DNA from: Utricularia gibba
Taxonomy: Eukaryota; Plantae; Magnoliophyta
DNA: 64,000 nt
Reading direction: 5' to 3'
Assembly: GCA_002189035.1 (NCBI GenBank)
Contig: NEEC01000013.1
Span: 124,001-188,000 of the forward strand
Positions 1-12,118 of the stretch are shown here, piece by piece. Each line of letters opens with the position of its first letter. Within the stretch, counting starts at the first letter, position 1. A program made the position numbers and the translations under genes. The notes beneath the pieces were generated by a model. That model saw only the letters and a program-made list of their open reading frames with translations. It was not told the origin of the DNA and ran no database searches.

Positions 1-239
1 ATTTAGTCCCACTTATCAATAAAAAGCACGATTATGGTACTATTCGCAAAAAAACATAGAAATAAGTAATAAAACTTAAGTTTTGTAGCACAATATGAGT
101 CATTTCCTTACACTCCATCACTCAAAAATATGTGTTATCACTATTTCTCATTGAACTTCACATAGATGTGATTGGAAAAGTTCTTTCCATAATTAGTCAA
201 TTTTTGTGTGATTTCAATGATTAGGGCTTTCAGTTTTTA

Positions 240-960
240 GGTGATAAAGCAGAGTTTGTTGAATCATGTAATAAATTAGACATTCGCATATCACAACAAC
301 ATGGTATGGTGGAGAAAATAAATATGATGATTATGAATATGAATTCTATGAGATGCAGAAATTACATGAATATGAATTCTATAAGATGCAGCAATTACAA
401 CAATTTATCTCTTAGGAATCATTTGGTTCATAGTTGTTGTATGTGGGTTAAGACAAGAAATATCCATGGCTGAGTCCATTCAAATAATATTTCAATAAAA
501 TCTATTTTATTTTGGTCTTTTTCTAGCTTTTATGTCATTGCTCCATCTGTATTCTGATCTCACAAGAGTTTTTTTGAATGCATTGAAAGCAAAAGAATTC
601 TATCGGAAGGACATGTATGAACGGGACTCCAGTGACCGGATCAACAGAATGAAAAGAAGAGCTATTCAGAGAATGTATTCTCTAGTTGCTCGAAGCAGTG
701 TTTCTCCAACTTAGGTAGCTGGGTTTATTGACATACTCAATGGTTGCAACCTCTAAGTATAACATTAAAGTAATGGAGTACAACTAATGCAAGTCTTAAA
801 TGTTTCTCAACATCTCATTGCTCACTCCAAGTCATGAAAGCCATTCATCTATCATCCTAATATGAGCTGTGAACCCATGATTGAGCAATACCTAAACCAA
901 GCTTATCGATGATGGACTGAAATGGTAGCATACAAAGAGACTTGGTAAATATACTAGTTG
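240..960 (+). mobile_element. Decayed Ty1/Copia integrase-RT remnant
   Basis: From 240 the sequence reads GDKAEFVESC...SQQHGMVEKINMMIM, resembling the Copia integrase SDNGGEF...QQNGVAERMNRTIM motif. ~571-610 reads FLNALKAKEFY, resembling RT FLHGDLEEEIY. Many stops; similarity judged from recalled motifs. Confidence 0.5.
333..399. repeat. 33-bp tandem duplication (2 copies)
   Basis: ATGAATATGAATTCTATRAGATGCAGMAATTAC at 333 and 366. Confidence 0.85.
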
Positions 961-1009
961 ATAAGAAGGTATAGATCGAGGCACTAAAAATCCTTTTTTG
1001 TATTGATCA

Positions 1010-1408
1010 ATCTCTATGTGTTTTGTTTTTTCGTGAAACATTGCATTGCAATTGAGGTAAATAAGAGAGTGTTGGCTGCCGCAAGTCTTTCAAAATCTAG
1101 GAAATCCACATCAACTTTGTAGTTGCAGTAGCAAAGCTGCAAGTACTTTGCTTCCATGGATGACTGATTGCCTAGGAGCATAAAATAACCAATTACCAAC
1201 TTCCGAGTGATGGCACACACCCTTCAGTTTGCATCATAATAACTAGTAAGCTTTAATATCACACAAGTGTGAAGCGGTCCGTGAAATCAATCGCTTCCAC
1301 TTGAATGTAGCCTTTGGCTACAACTCTTGCTTTATGGTTTGCAATAAAGCCATTTGCATTTCGTTCGACTTTGTAAACTCATTTGCATCGAAGAGAGTGT
1401 TTCCCTTT
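1010..1408 (-). mobile_element. Ty1/Copia RT start plus RNase H remnant (internally deleted)
   Basis: Minus strand 1408-1262 reads KGKHSLRCK*VYKVERNANGFIANHKARVVAKGYIQVEAIDFTDRFTLV, the canonical Copia RT N-terminus. 1220-1014 reads RKLVIGYFMLLGN..SSMEAKY, resembling Copia RNase H. Confidence 0.75.
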
Positions 1409-1883
1409 ATGTAAATATACAAGGGTCTTGATAAATAAAAATTTTCTATCGTTGTAAAAAAATTAAACTTTGATCTTAAATAAATTTATAATCCTTATTC
1501 CTCACAAAATACAAATAAAGGACAAATTGTATATTGGATTTTGGGGTCGATCATGAGAAGGAATTGCTTACTATGTGTTTTTATCAAGAACAACCAGCCT
1601 GTCTAGGCTGAGCCGCATATTCGAACCATTCTGTGCAGCAATCATTAGTCGAGGAGCGAAATGGGAAAAGGACGTCTGCATGCATGATAAATCAATAGGG
1701 GTAGGCTGGACTGAGTTTAGAGGGAATAGATTATTCAGATGGTGAAATCTACTTTCTGACGAGTTGAAGAATTTTTTATGGAATAAGATGAAGGCAGTTT
1801 AATTCTAGTGTGACACTAAAACTAACTTCCAGCATACATAATGTTAAGTGTCATTTTCAAGTTATTTATTATATATTATTAGG

Positions 1884-2764
1884 TGTTAATCTAGTATTAA
1901 ATCACCCAAATTAGGAGTCTTATTATTAAGTACTTGATTTTATTAGAAAAATCCTATTTTCCTATTTTTTTATATATTTTCTGTCTTTTTTCATGCTCAT
2001 TGACCGAGACATGTCAGGAGACTGCCGTGGAGTGTTGCAGGAGTATTGCAAGAGGTCAGACTCTGACTTTTTGTGCCTTGAGGGAAGTAGCGGATTTTGG
2101 TGAAGATCAAAGTACATGAGTAGCGGGGCACTCCTCATGGATTTTGGTGAAGATCAAGGTACATGAGTAGCAGGGCACTCCTCACGGATTTTGGTGAAGA
2201 TCAAGGTGAAGAGCACCAACTCTAACCCTACCGATTCGAGGGAAGTAGCGGATTGTTTGCGACCTAAGTACCACGACAGTGGACAGGTTGTGACCTCGGA
2301 CCTACCACTGGCCATTGGCAACAGTTGGGCACACGTGCGCAATTCGGTTTTGAAGACAATCAAAGGCAATCCTCTTGTCTTCCTAATCGTCCAAGGGGGA
2401 ATCACATGAAGCTATTCCCGTGCCTCCTTGTAGATCAGAGTGTAAGGGAGAGTAGGTTATTCCTTGCTCCTATAACTAGCTATTCAGAAGAAATCAGTGA
2501 AAACTGACGCAAGGATGGACAAAGAAAGGAGATAGAATTTCATTCCTAGGAACTGCATCCTATAGTCAAGGTCCATCACTTAGATTGTTACTTTTATTTC
2601 TGCATTTCACCAACCCCCTTTTACAAAACTGTGACATTTTGTAGAAGTTCTTTACAAAAAACTTTTCACGAAAAACAACTCCCTAAGATCGATACTTGTA
2701 CTACGCTTTTTTGTATTTTACATTTTAAATATTTAAAATTTGTTGAGGAAACGACATGCAATAC
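1884..2764 (+). mobile_element. LTR remnant, family B (Gypsy-like)
   Basis: The 3' part (2335-2764, ending TTGTTGAGGAAACGACATG) is visibly homologous to inverted copies at 29100-29350, 34558-35030 and 47259-47470. The 5' boundary (TGTT at 1884) is tentative and no TSD was found. Confidence 0.6.
2092..2207. repeat. 47-bp tandem repeat, about 2.5 copies
   Basis: GGATTTTGGTGAAGATCAARGTACATGAGTAGCRGGGCACTCCTCAY starts at 2092, 2139 and 2186. Confidence 0.9.
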
Positions 2765-3199
2765 ATAACCTAGCAAAGAGAGAGAGACCTTTCACAATAA
2801 AACTTTAGAACTATCCTACTTGAGAAGAGGAAAAAGCATACATGAGTATTGAATTGAAGCAACATAAGAACTTTTTATTTTCTGCACAAATTTTCTTTCT
2901 GCACTTACTTTTGTAAATTCGATAGCATTTTACATTTCTTGCTTTAACGTTAACCTTGTTTAAATGTGTTCCTTGACTGAACTTGTTTCTTTCATCGTTT
3001 TTCTCTACTATTTTCACATATGAATCGAAAAAGTAGCTTGAAGATGCTTTAGCCTTTTTCAGCATGGTTAACTTATAGATTAAGTGAAATATTTCTTTAA
3101 ATTTCCAGAAATACTAATTTACACTTTGTGTTCTCTTCCTTTTAGTGTAAAATTCACCTAAAGACTTTTCTTACTTTCGTTAGGGTAAAAGCGTTTACT

Positions 3200-5026
3200 C
3201 TCTATTGATCGATCTGAACTTATTGCTATTGCATTACTTTCGTTGTGAATGAAATGTAGAATATTTGTTAAGATTAGAAATATCTTTTGATAAGAAAAAT
3301 CCTTAGACTCGTGACATCTTTAGAATTTTTAATACATCACTCCTTCCCTTAGATCTACCCGAAGAATGTGAGAAATGAATGATCAAAGAATTCAATTGCA
3401 GATTACTTAGGAAACCTTAAACCATATCACCTTTGGTAATCTAAATGTATCCCTAAATTCTAGTCACTCATATTAGATAGGTAAACCATGACTTTATAGA
3501 CATAAATTGAAGAAAATAGCATAATCTGTTGGTGTATGCGTTCTAGAGACAATCAACTCATTGGCAAATCTTATCTTTTGATATTTACTTTGAATTGTGA
3601 TCAAATTTATATCATTGATAAAATCCTCTACTTGATCTATGTGCTATAGAAATTATGATGAGATCATAATGTGAGATTCTTCAAGCACTCATGATCAAGT
3701 TAAATCTCCCTGGCTAGAGTATTTGTGAAATGAGGATATCACAAATACGGATAAACTGGCACACATTGAGTTCCCTAAACAGTTTAGGCAATGGTTCTCA
3801 CAATTGATGTAATGAGATTACTAGAACCTATGTGTGGGTGTCGATTAGAGAATCGATTCACTGGATGACTCATCTTTGAGACACTACTATGGGAAGCTAA
3901 CCAAGTGTAAGTAGCAAGATCTCGAATATGACAACCGTGCAAGTAAGCTTAGACTTGAGGTCAACAAAGTTATCTTGATCTTAAGATCACATTTTCGCTC
4001 ATTACTAATGGGAGCCTAACCATGGCTTGCCTAGTATGGATGAGTAGGGATGTGACTCCTTAAGATTGGAAATAGTTGATTGATCAATAAAGGATTCATC
4101 ACTCATGTTAGCGATGAGATCATATCTCAAGTAATTGCATCAAAGCCTAACAGTAAGTCCTGGGCCTAGGGTAATGACACTCAAATTGTTTGAGTAGGTC
4201 ATTGAGTGTTAGTGCTTGAATGCAATTATAAGTTCGATACATCAGAAAGACACACACTCATGTTCTAGTATCGAATGAGATATAAGTATGATAAAAGGTG
4301 TTCATTGCATGATGGCTGGTCATGGAAAGACTCAATCAGTTCACCTGATTATTCTTTCATCTTGGGGATCATGATATGTTGCTAGACATTACTCATGATC
4401 GATAATGATGGATTTGATTAATTAAGAGTTAATTAATAAATCCATTATTACGGCCTTGATTGAAGAAGCCTATAGGGTCACACACAATAGTGGAGTCACT
4501 CAACGATATTAAATAGAATGACACAATTACATGAGATGTAATTGATAAAGCGGATAAATTAAATTGATAGTTATTTTGAGATTAATATTGATTAAACTCA
4601 AAATAAAAGATCATATATAGATAAGATTTGGAACATATACATATATCCACAAGATAAGATCTTTACGGAGATATGATTTTATATGTTACCATATATCTAT
4701 TAAAAGATTTAGATCTAGTGATATGCTCAAAAGGGTATTCGTGCTCTCTGAGACTAATCCACAAGGAGGTGTTTTTCTCTACTAGCACCTGAGGAATTCG
4801 ACCAGCATTCAAGAGCCTTGAGAAGGTTATCGACGGAGTGCTCCACGTGTGGATACCATAGAGACCGTCTCCTATTGGCGGTTGGTGAACAACGGAGTCA
4901 TCTTAAAGGTATTTTACCATCCCTTAGTCTGATGTATACCATATTCCAAGATCTGCGTTGGGGGTTTCTCAAAATTTTAAAATTCCGCTGCTTTTGAGAA
5001 ATACGATGTCTACGAGAAACCCAACA
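3200..5026 (+). mobile_element. Long Copia LTR (Angela/BARE-like), solo or orphan
   Basis: Ends in ...GAGAAACCCAACA (5026). Segments 3728-3949 and ~4850-5026 are homologous to 6180-6583, which precedes a PBS-like site and gag. The 5' boundary is approximate and the lineage is inferred. Confidence 0.65.
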
Positions 5027-5599
5027 TAATCATTGTAGAAAAAATAGTCGCACAACAAAATATTCTGCAAACTAAAACAAGATGAAATGAGTTTCTGTTT
5101 TCCATTTGTTACATTAAATTTATTGGAATAGTAGCACTAATTGGGTATTCGGCAGCAGTTCTTCAAGTCAGAAGTCTTCTTCTTCAATCCCCCTTTCTTC
5201 CCCTCTCTGTTGTATTCTTCTTTGTTATTATTGTCAAAGATCCCCTTCAAAAAATATATCTCTCCCCTCTTATTCGTTTCCAATGTAAGTATGGTTTCTG
5301 ATACCCGTATTACTCTTGACCTAAACCTATAAATTGCAGGTGGTAAAAACAATGCCTTTTGTCCCCCTTTGTATAGTATCCCTTTCAAATTAATGCATGT
5401 GTTTTAAGTTCATTTTTTTGCAATATCATTGCTATGACTCAATTAAAACATTAATATAAAAAGATGGACAAAATCAATATTTTTAGTAACCTTTAACATA
5501 TATAATTAAAAATATCCTAAATATCACATAAAATGTTAACAACTATCTATACAGGCCTAAATTATAGCTAAACATGATATCTTTGTATCATAATAATAT

Positions 5600-5950
5600 T
5601 GACAAAATGTAGGTCACAATGTCTAGGTATGATTCTAAAGAAGTGTCTATAACTCTTATGACATTGCTACTTCCCATACCTTAATCCCCTTAGCTTGCTC
5701 ATACGTCAAAGGTTCATTGAACATGAACACTACTTCAAGGGTAGCAGTATCAACAGAGTTAACCTGAAGGGCGACATAATCCTTCATCCATTTTGATGGA
5801 TGAATAACCAAAGATGAAGAGGCAAAAGCATCAATGGTGACTGATTCAAAGGGGTCATGAATAGAAAATTGCATCATTAGATAAGGAGTATCATTAACTG
5901 GAACATGCATAGAGCAGTGAGGGGCTTGCCATCAAGTATGCATAGGATAG
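5600..5950 (-). mobile_element. Ty1/Copia integrase-RT linker remnant
   Basis: Minus strand reads HPSKWMKDYV...EPLTYEQAKGIKVWEVAMS*EL*TLL*NHT*TL, matching the Copia EPxTYxEA...WxxAMxxELxALxxNHTWTL region just before RT. Confidence 0.7.
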
Positions 5951-6169
5951 GGGAGTAACTCCTCATCGTCATCATAAACTAGAAATGACATGATATAATC
6001 CATAGTAAGATCATAATCAATGAGGCCTTTAAAAAGAGAAATAAATTCTTATAAATTTTGACATTCTGACTGATGAACACTGGTAGTTTATTAGTCTATA
6101 AGATAGCCAATGAAAACATACTTTTGTGCTCTTGGTGCCATTTTTTCAGGCTAAGGATCTGAAATGCCT

Positions 6170-8200
6170 ATGAAGGCAAAGACTTGAGGTTATCTCAAAT
6201 GTGAATAAATTGATACATATTGAGTTCCTTAAATCGTTTAGACAATGATTCTCACAAATGATGTAATGAGACTACTGGAACCAATGTGTAGATGTCGATT
6301 AGAGAATCTATTCACTGGATAACTCATTTTCAAGATGATACTATGGAAGCTAACCAAGTGTCAATAGCAAGATATTGAATATAATAGCCGTGCAAGTAAG
6401 CATCTTGATACTATAAATGCCATCTAATGTTGGCAATTGGTAAACAAGGGAGTACATTGAAAGGTATTTTTAAAATCACTTTATCTAATGTATATTGTAT
6501 TCCAAGATCTGTGGTTTGGATTTCTCGAAAATTTTGAAATTTCGCTGCATTGAGAACATATCATGTCTATAAGAAACCTTATAGTGACATCAGAGTGAGG
6601 TTACAGAATATGTGTATATGTTAGAATCTTTGCTAATTTTGTGAGATGTTTTCGTATGTTGCCTTGCGAGTGATCGTCGTAAAAGCATGTGATGAATATG
6701 TCAGATTATCTTGCTACACATGATGCACGAAATTTGATGCATGATTCATGTTTTATATTTATGCATTGTATGGTTGATTCATGCTTATGAAAACTACGAT
6801 ATTCGTGCATATGCAAATCATGTTGATGGATTAAGCATGTGTAGTTGAGGGGTATGATAGATTGCACGAATATTAATGATATGAGCATGATTACATGGTT
6901 GTTTCACATTGATGAGTACATGAGATGTTTGATCATATATTGGTGACTGATGTATCAAGGGTCAATTAGGATTTTTGATTATTATGTTTCAAAATCCAGG
7001 GATATGATGTATTATGAATGAAAGGGTAAGGGTTATCAAAATACCTATTTGATAGAATATCGATATCCATAGTGTAATAGTTGTTTATGGAACAATCCCT
7101 ACTAAATAATTAAGCTTATTCCTTGTACTAACATAAAGAGAACGAGAGTCATTTTTAGTACATAGAGTTGTTGGCTACAGTCAAACTCTCCACTACATAT
7201 GACATGTTCAAATTATGAAATTAGATTCAAAGTGGTTTGGCTTAACTGATTTTATCAACTTGTTGACTAAAGGCAAGGTTGGTGAAATTAGAGGAAAGAT
7301 TGAGTTAAATAGTTTTTACATCAAGAGTTAATAACTCAATAATACAATGGTTGTATAAGAGATGCAATTGGGATAAGATGACTAACTATTTCATTTATTA
7401 AAAATTGTAGGCTACAATGAAAGTGGAGATGAATGAAATGAGATACTAACCCACTAAGAAAATTTGATTTTCTCGTTTTCTTAGTAAGGGGCTGGCATCT
7501 CAAAAACATAGTGAAAGTAGATCACATTTGATAAAGACCAATTAGATGTGATTTAAGAAACACTACATGATGTGTTTACTTTCTCTTCTTCATGTTGAAG
7601 ATATGTATTCTAGCGTGAATTCGAGATCCATTCTAGAACTCAACAAGGTGGTTGGCTCGAATTTTACTGATTGACATCGCAATTTGAGAATTTTTCTCAA
7701 GGCGGAGAAGATTGTTTACATCCTTGAGCAAGATATTCATGCAAAACTCATGGCTAATGCAGCTCAAGATGTTCGGTATGCATATTACAAGTGAAATGAA
7801 ATGCAAAACACACTAAGAGCATAGTATGAGTGTTAATCATATGAAATTAATTCTTGGAAGAATGATATAGTTTAAAACCAAGTATACTTATCACAATTTT
7901 GTAAACGAGTTTGGAAATGTAAAAGAGTATAGGATATCTACAATTCTTGAATTTCAACCAATTTAAAATGTTAAATTGTTTATGCAAAAAGTAAATAATT
8001 CCTATTTATCCAATATATTTTACCGATGAGTCCAAATCCAAAATTACTTTTACTTTTTATAAGGTTGTTGCTATTTAATGAGCTATAGCAATCCAATTAC
8101 CTTGTATCAATTGTCATGTAGTTATTCATTCCACATGAGACAATGAATTGGCAAGTAAGACGTTGTTCAATTGACTATAGCTTGTGAAACATGTATGCAA
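6170..8200 (+). mobile_element. Copia (Angela-like) element: deleted 5' LTR, PBS and decayed gag
   Basis: LTR-homologous segment 6170-6583. PBS-like GTGACATCAGAGT at 6584-6596 (degenerate TGGTATCAGAGC, tRNA-iMet). From 7603 MYSSVNSRSILELNKVVGSNFTD*HRNLRIFLKAEKIVYILE resembles the Copia gag N-terminus. Confidence 0.7.
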
Positions 8201-10576
8201 ACCTCGGATATTTCGATAAGGATGTCGAAAAACTTGTGGTTATCATTTGTTCCTTTTTTTGAGATATCTATGAAGCTACTTGTGCACATACCTACCTCTT
8301 TCTACTTGATGATTTCTAACTTTCGCAAGTTCATACCTAATAAATTACACTCGTCTAGTTTTGCATATTACAAAACAAGTACAAATTCAAGAAATAAAGC
8401 AAGTTAACAACACTCAAGCCACTCATCTAGTTTCTTATTGAATCATATGACTGAAAGTTTAGGAATTAATTTATATTCTATTATGAATTGCCCAAAAAAA
8501 TTAGGAATCCAAGCAATCTATTTAAATAATTTATGGTTTTTTGGTAATGAGAAACCATACTTTATGATATTTAGCTCATTTTCACAATCTCTTGTACCGT
8601 CCATCCTCCAGGTTCACGCTTGCCTCAGCACTCCTGCTTTGCATACACATAGTCAAAAGAAAATAGTTCAAATTGTGTATCCATGTAGTGATGCACCTGT
8701 TGGGATTTAGTTTTCGTAATTGACATCTGCTGCTTTGACCTCTTTATGTTGTCATCATTGATTATAAAGGCCGCTTCGTGTAGCAATTCTGAGTCGAGTT
8801 TCATGGCTCAACATCGCTCGATTAGAGCAGAAGCTCAAAAAGAAAAAGAAAATCCATGGAGGAGCAGCAGCAGCAGCATTCCCTCTGCAGCGGCAGCGCA
8901 CCTGCAAGTGCAAAAGGACAAGCTGTAAGGAAGCCGTGTCTTCAGGCACGTGCTCTCCCGGCAACTCCACTGAAAAGAAAAACTATTCCGTCTCCCTGTC
9001 CCTGCGCGCATGCACATGACATAACAATCTCATTATTTTAACCAAAAAGACGACAATCGGTACTCTGAAATGAAATCCAGGGGCAAAATAAGAACAAAAA
9101 AATACATATTAAAACACACAACTCAATAAAGTTTTTTTTATTATTTTTTTTTCAAATAGGGCTCAAAGTATACATTGAAAAAAATTCTTTTTAGGACGCC
9201 CTGCCCTGCCTTATATATGTTTTAAAATCAACCAGTTAATCCAATTGTATTTGTTTACACGCATATTAGACCTTCTTCAGTGATTTCCAGAAATGCTGAT
9301 GTGTATTTTCTTTATTAATTTTCCTAATATACCTTATCAATTTCAGTAAATGAATAGAAAAATCATATAAAAAATATGGAGTTAGTTTTACTTACCTAAG
9401 TCTGATTTCTGGACTTTCTTCTTTTGGTTTCCATAAAATGAGATTTATCCTTATTGATTTTTATAAAAATAATATTGGTTTCCGGAAAGCCACATCATCA
9501 TTTCCGGAAACCATTAAATATGCTCTTAGTGAGATCTACCAAATCATACATTTTTAAAAATTTTCAAACTCTTTTTAGTAAAATCTAACGAGTGATATAT
9601 TTTAAAATTCGAAACCATATATAATTTAATTACTTTAATTTAAAAATGTTCTATTATCAACCTATCTTTATATTTTATTATGATTAATATATTTGCATAA
9701 TTCTTTTTTTTTATTGAAATTGATTATTATATTATAAATATTTTTTACTAATACTAGTATATAATTTAAATATTAAATACTACATAAAATTAGAAAATAG
9801 ACTAGCAAACCTAAATCTGATCAGTCTAAATGGATTCAGTGTTGGAATATAATTTTGAAACATATATGTATGTGTGTGTTTGAATTATGAATGAAAATGA
9901 TGTGAATAATATAAATATAATAAATTAAATCAACTTGGCTTGATTCTTTTTCTTCTGCTTTTTTGTTAGTTATACCTTGCTTTGCCCATGCCTATGCCTT
10001 AGCAGCAGCGCACCACCATATGCAACGCAATGCAATGCGTCTCCTTTTACCTTTCCCTTTTCTTTTATTATATTCTGTTTGTAATGGTATCGATCAATCG
10101 TCCATTCATTCATCGGATCGGATCCATTTTACTATATGTGTATGGATAGTGTCATTAATTTATGTGTGTCCTGTCCTATCTACTTTTAACAAAAATAGGC
10201 TTTTATGTTGTGGAAATTGAAAAACAATTACGTAGCATGCAACTTAAGTTTAGCCCGCTAATCATGTAAAGCATAGCTCACCACCATCCAACAGATTGCT
10301 GATAAAATATCCAAGTTACTTTTTTACACATATTCTCCAAACATGTACAAAAGCTACTTCCCACCCACAAATTAACAACACAATGTAATGTGGGAGTTGG
10401 GATTATGACTGTTTTTTAACTGAAAATAATATTATTTATATTAACACTCCACCACATGCTTCAAATGCTTTACAGTTAATTCAACAAATAACCTCATATT
10501 TCTTTCACAATAGTAACCAACAAACAAACAAAACAGTTTTTGAGTTGCGAGAACGAGGGGTTGGAAAATAATGGAA

Positions 10577-11152
10577 CTAAACAACATGCTTCCATAATAA
10601 GCCATCCAAATCTTCCTTATGGAGACTCAGGAAAAACGGCGCCTGGTCGTAATCCTCGTATTCCCATACTCGGTTGTCGACCACCGTGGTGAACTCTTCC
10701 CCGCACCCTAGCTTCGGAAGCTCCACTATCTGCTCCAGCTCCTCCGGGCCCGTCGACAGATCGGAATCTATAAACGATGGCGGGCTCCGCGGTGGCTGGC
10801 CCAGCAACGCTGCCTTGGTCGCAGCGGCCTGGATGTCGCGTGGGGACGAGGTCGCCGGACGAGGGAGAAGATCCGCGATTTCCGGGAAGTTAAGCACAGC
10901 GGAGCTGCCCTTCACAGCCATCGCCGCCACGTCGTGCGCACGCGCCGCCATGTCCGCGGTGGCGAACGTCCCTAGCCAGATCCGCGACTTTTTCTTGGGT
11001 TCTCGGATCTCGGATACCCATCTCCCCCAAGCTCTCATTCTCACTCCTCTGTACTCCACGCTCTGCTTCTGGCGCAGCTCCTGTTTCACGGTGGTTCCGC
11101 ACTTTCTTTTTCTCTTCTCCGGCGGCGCCACCATCGTGTGCTGGTCATCCAT
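10577..11152 (-). CDS. AP2/ERF transcription factor, DREB subfamily A-4 (TINY-like), 191 aa, intronless
   Basis: AP2 domain [30 protein letters not shown] with DREB-type V14/E19, followed by the A-4 motif [17 protein letters not shown], an acidic [10 protein letters not shown] segment and a terminal LLW. First ATG is at 11152; the ORF-track start at 11197 is GTG. Confidence 0.95.
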   Translation of the reverse strand: MDDQHTMVAPPEKRKRKCGTTVKQELRQKQSVEYRGVRMRAWGRWVSEIREPKKKSRIWLGTFATADMAARAHDVAAMAVKGSSAVLNFPEIADLLPRPATSSPRDIQAAATKAALLGQPPRSPPSFIDSDLSTGPEELEQIVELPKLGCGEEFTTVVDNRVWEYEDYDQAPFFLSLHKEDLDGLLWKHVV

Positions 11153-11256
11153 ACGACCACCGGGAAAGAATCTTGACAAATTGCGCTGATTGATCACCGG
11201 AACCCCGCAACAAAGAAAGGGGAAATAAATGAAATGGGAAGTGAGAGGAGGCCAGT

Positions 11257-11264
11257 TATTTATA
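11257..11264 (-). promoter_or_regulatory. TATA box of the DREB gene
   Basis: TATAAATA on the minus strand about 105 bp upstream of the ATG, followed by a CT-rich leader. Confidence 0.65.
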
Positions 11265-11450
11265 GCGACGTGATGGTGTCAGTTAGTTGGGTAAATATAG
11301 AGACACATTTGTAGCATATGCGCCAAAACTTCTCAATTCATTAAATTTTTTATTTAAAATCACATGATAACTTTTATTCAAGAATCATTGTCTGAAGTTT
11401 CCATGTTGAATTTGCATGAATTTATTGTGTACTGAAATGTAATTTTCTAG

Positions 11451-11679
11451 TGAGGCCTGGCCCGGCCCGGCCCGATGATGGTGGATATTGCATGAGTAGT
11501 TTCCTTGTGTGCCCATGGGCCATGCAGACAGACATGTCCCGTAGGGACAAAGCTACATGAAGTTGTCACTGGGCAGGACTGTGTTTTGGAATTATTGTCT
11601 TGTCCATTGCTGCCGTGCCGTGCCTTCCCGACCAACCACCCCCTCCAGCCATTCAATTGGAGTGTGCCCACGGGCCTCA
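11451..11679. mobile_element. GC-rich MITE-like remnant (hAT-like subterminal motifs)
   Basis: 7-bp inverted ends TGAGGCC (11451) and GGCCTCA (11673-79). Internal GGCCCGGCCCGGCCCG and CCGTGCCGTGCC runs, and a 15-bp direct repeat GTGTGCCCAYGGGCC (11507, 11662). No TSD found. Confidence 0.4.
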
Positions 11680-12066
11680 ACCAACCAATACCAATACCAA
11701 TACGGGAAATCAACCAAACAATATTTGTCCCTCTCTCTTACTCATTTATTTCTATAATATAATCATATTTAAATTGATATTTTATACTTTCACCACTTGA
11801 GTAATACAAGAAGCAAACCTCACTAAGAAGGGAGTGTGACTTCAATCACAAATTTTTGATGAACATCACATAAATAATCATCTGTATAATTTAAAAATAT
11901 GTGAGAGCAAGATATCTAAAAGAGCAACTGACATGCACTCAAAAGACCAAAAAAAAAAAAAAAAAAAAACTTGTGAAGTTAGTCGTGAGAAAGCACAAAC
12001 ATTATGGACTCAATTTATAGGAGGCAATATATCACAAAAACAATCTTCATCTCCCATGTTATAATT

Positions 12067-12118
12067 GATGGCATCAAACGAGGCCGAAGGACCATATTCC
12101 TACGAGCAATCTGAAGCA
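12067..12118. repeat. Dispersed retroelement-like repeat, second copy at 17050-17094
   Basis: GATGGCATCAAACGAGGCCGAAG...ATCTGAAGCA versus GATGGCCTCAAACGAGGCCAAAG...ATCTGAAGCA. Confidence 0.6.

Noticed and set aside
2750-2764. Shared CATG after family B ends as a target-site preference
   Set aside because: Two copies continue CATGTRACA, so it is more likely part of the LTR terminus.
8857-8970. Resemblance to a miR164 hairpin (TGGAGGAGCAG...GCACGTGCTCTCC)
   Set aside because: No full 21-nt match to TGGAGAAGCAGGGCACGTGCA and the arms do not pair over a mature-length duplex.
8887-9019. Cys-rich reading TCKCKRTSCKE resembling a CXC fragment
   Set aside because: No ATG or splice context, and no further CXC cysteine spacing.
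10674-11189. 171-aa antisense ORF over the DREB gene
   Set aside because: Shadow ORF of GC-rich coding sequence with a non-ATG start and no recognisable domain.
11153-11197. N-terminal extension of DREB in the ORF track
   Set aside because: It starts at GTG; the first ATG is 11152.
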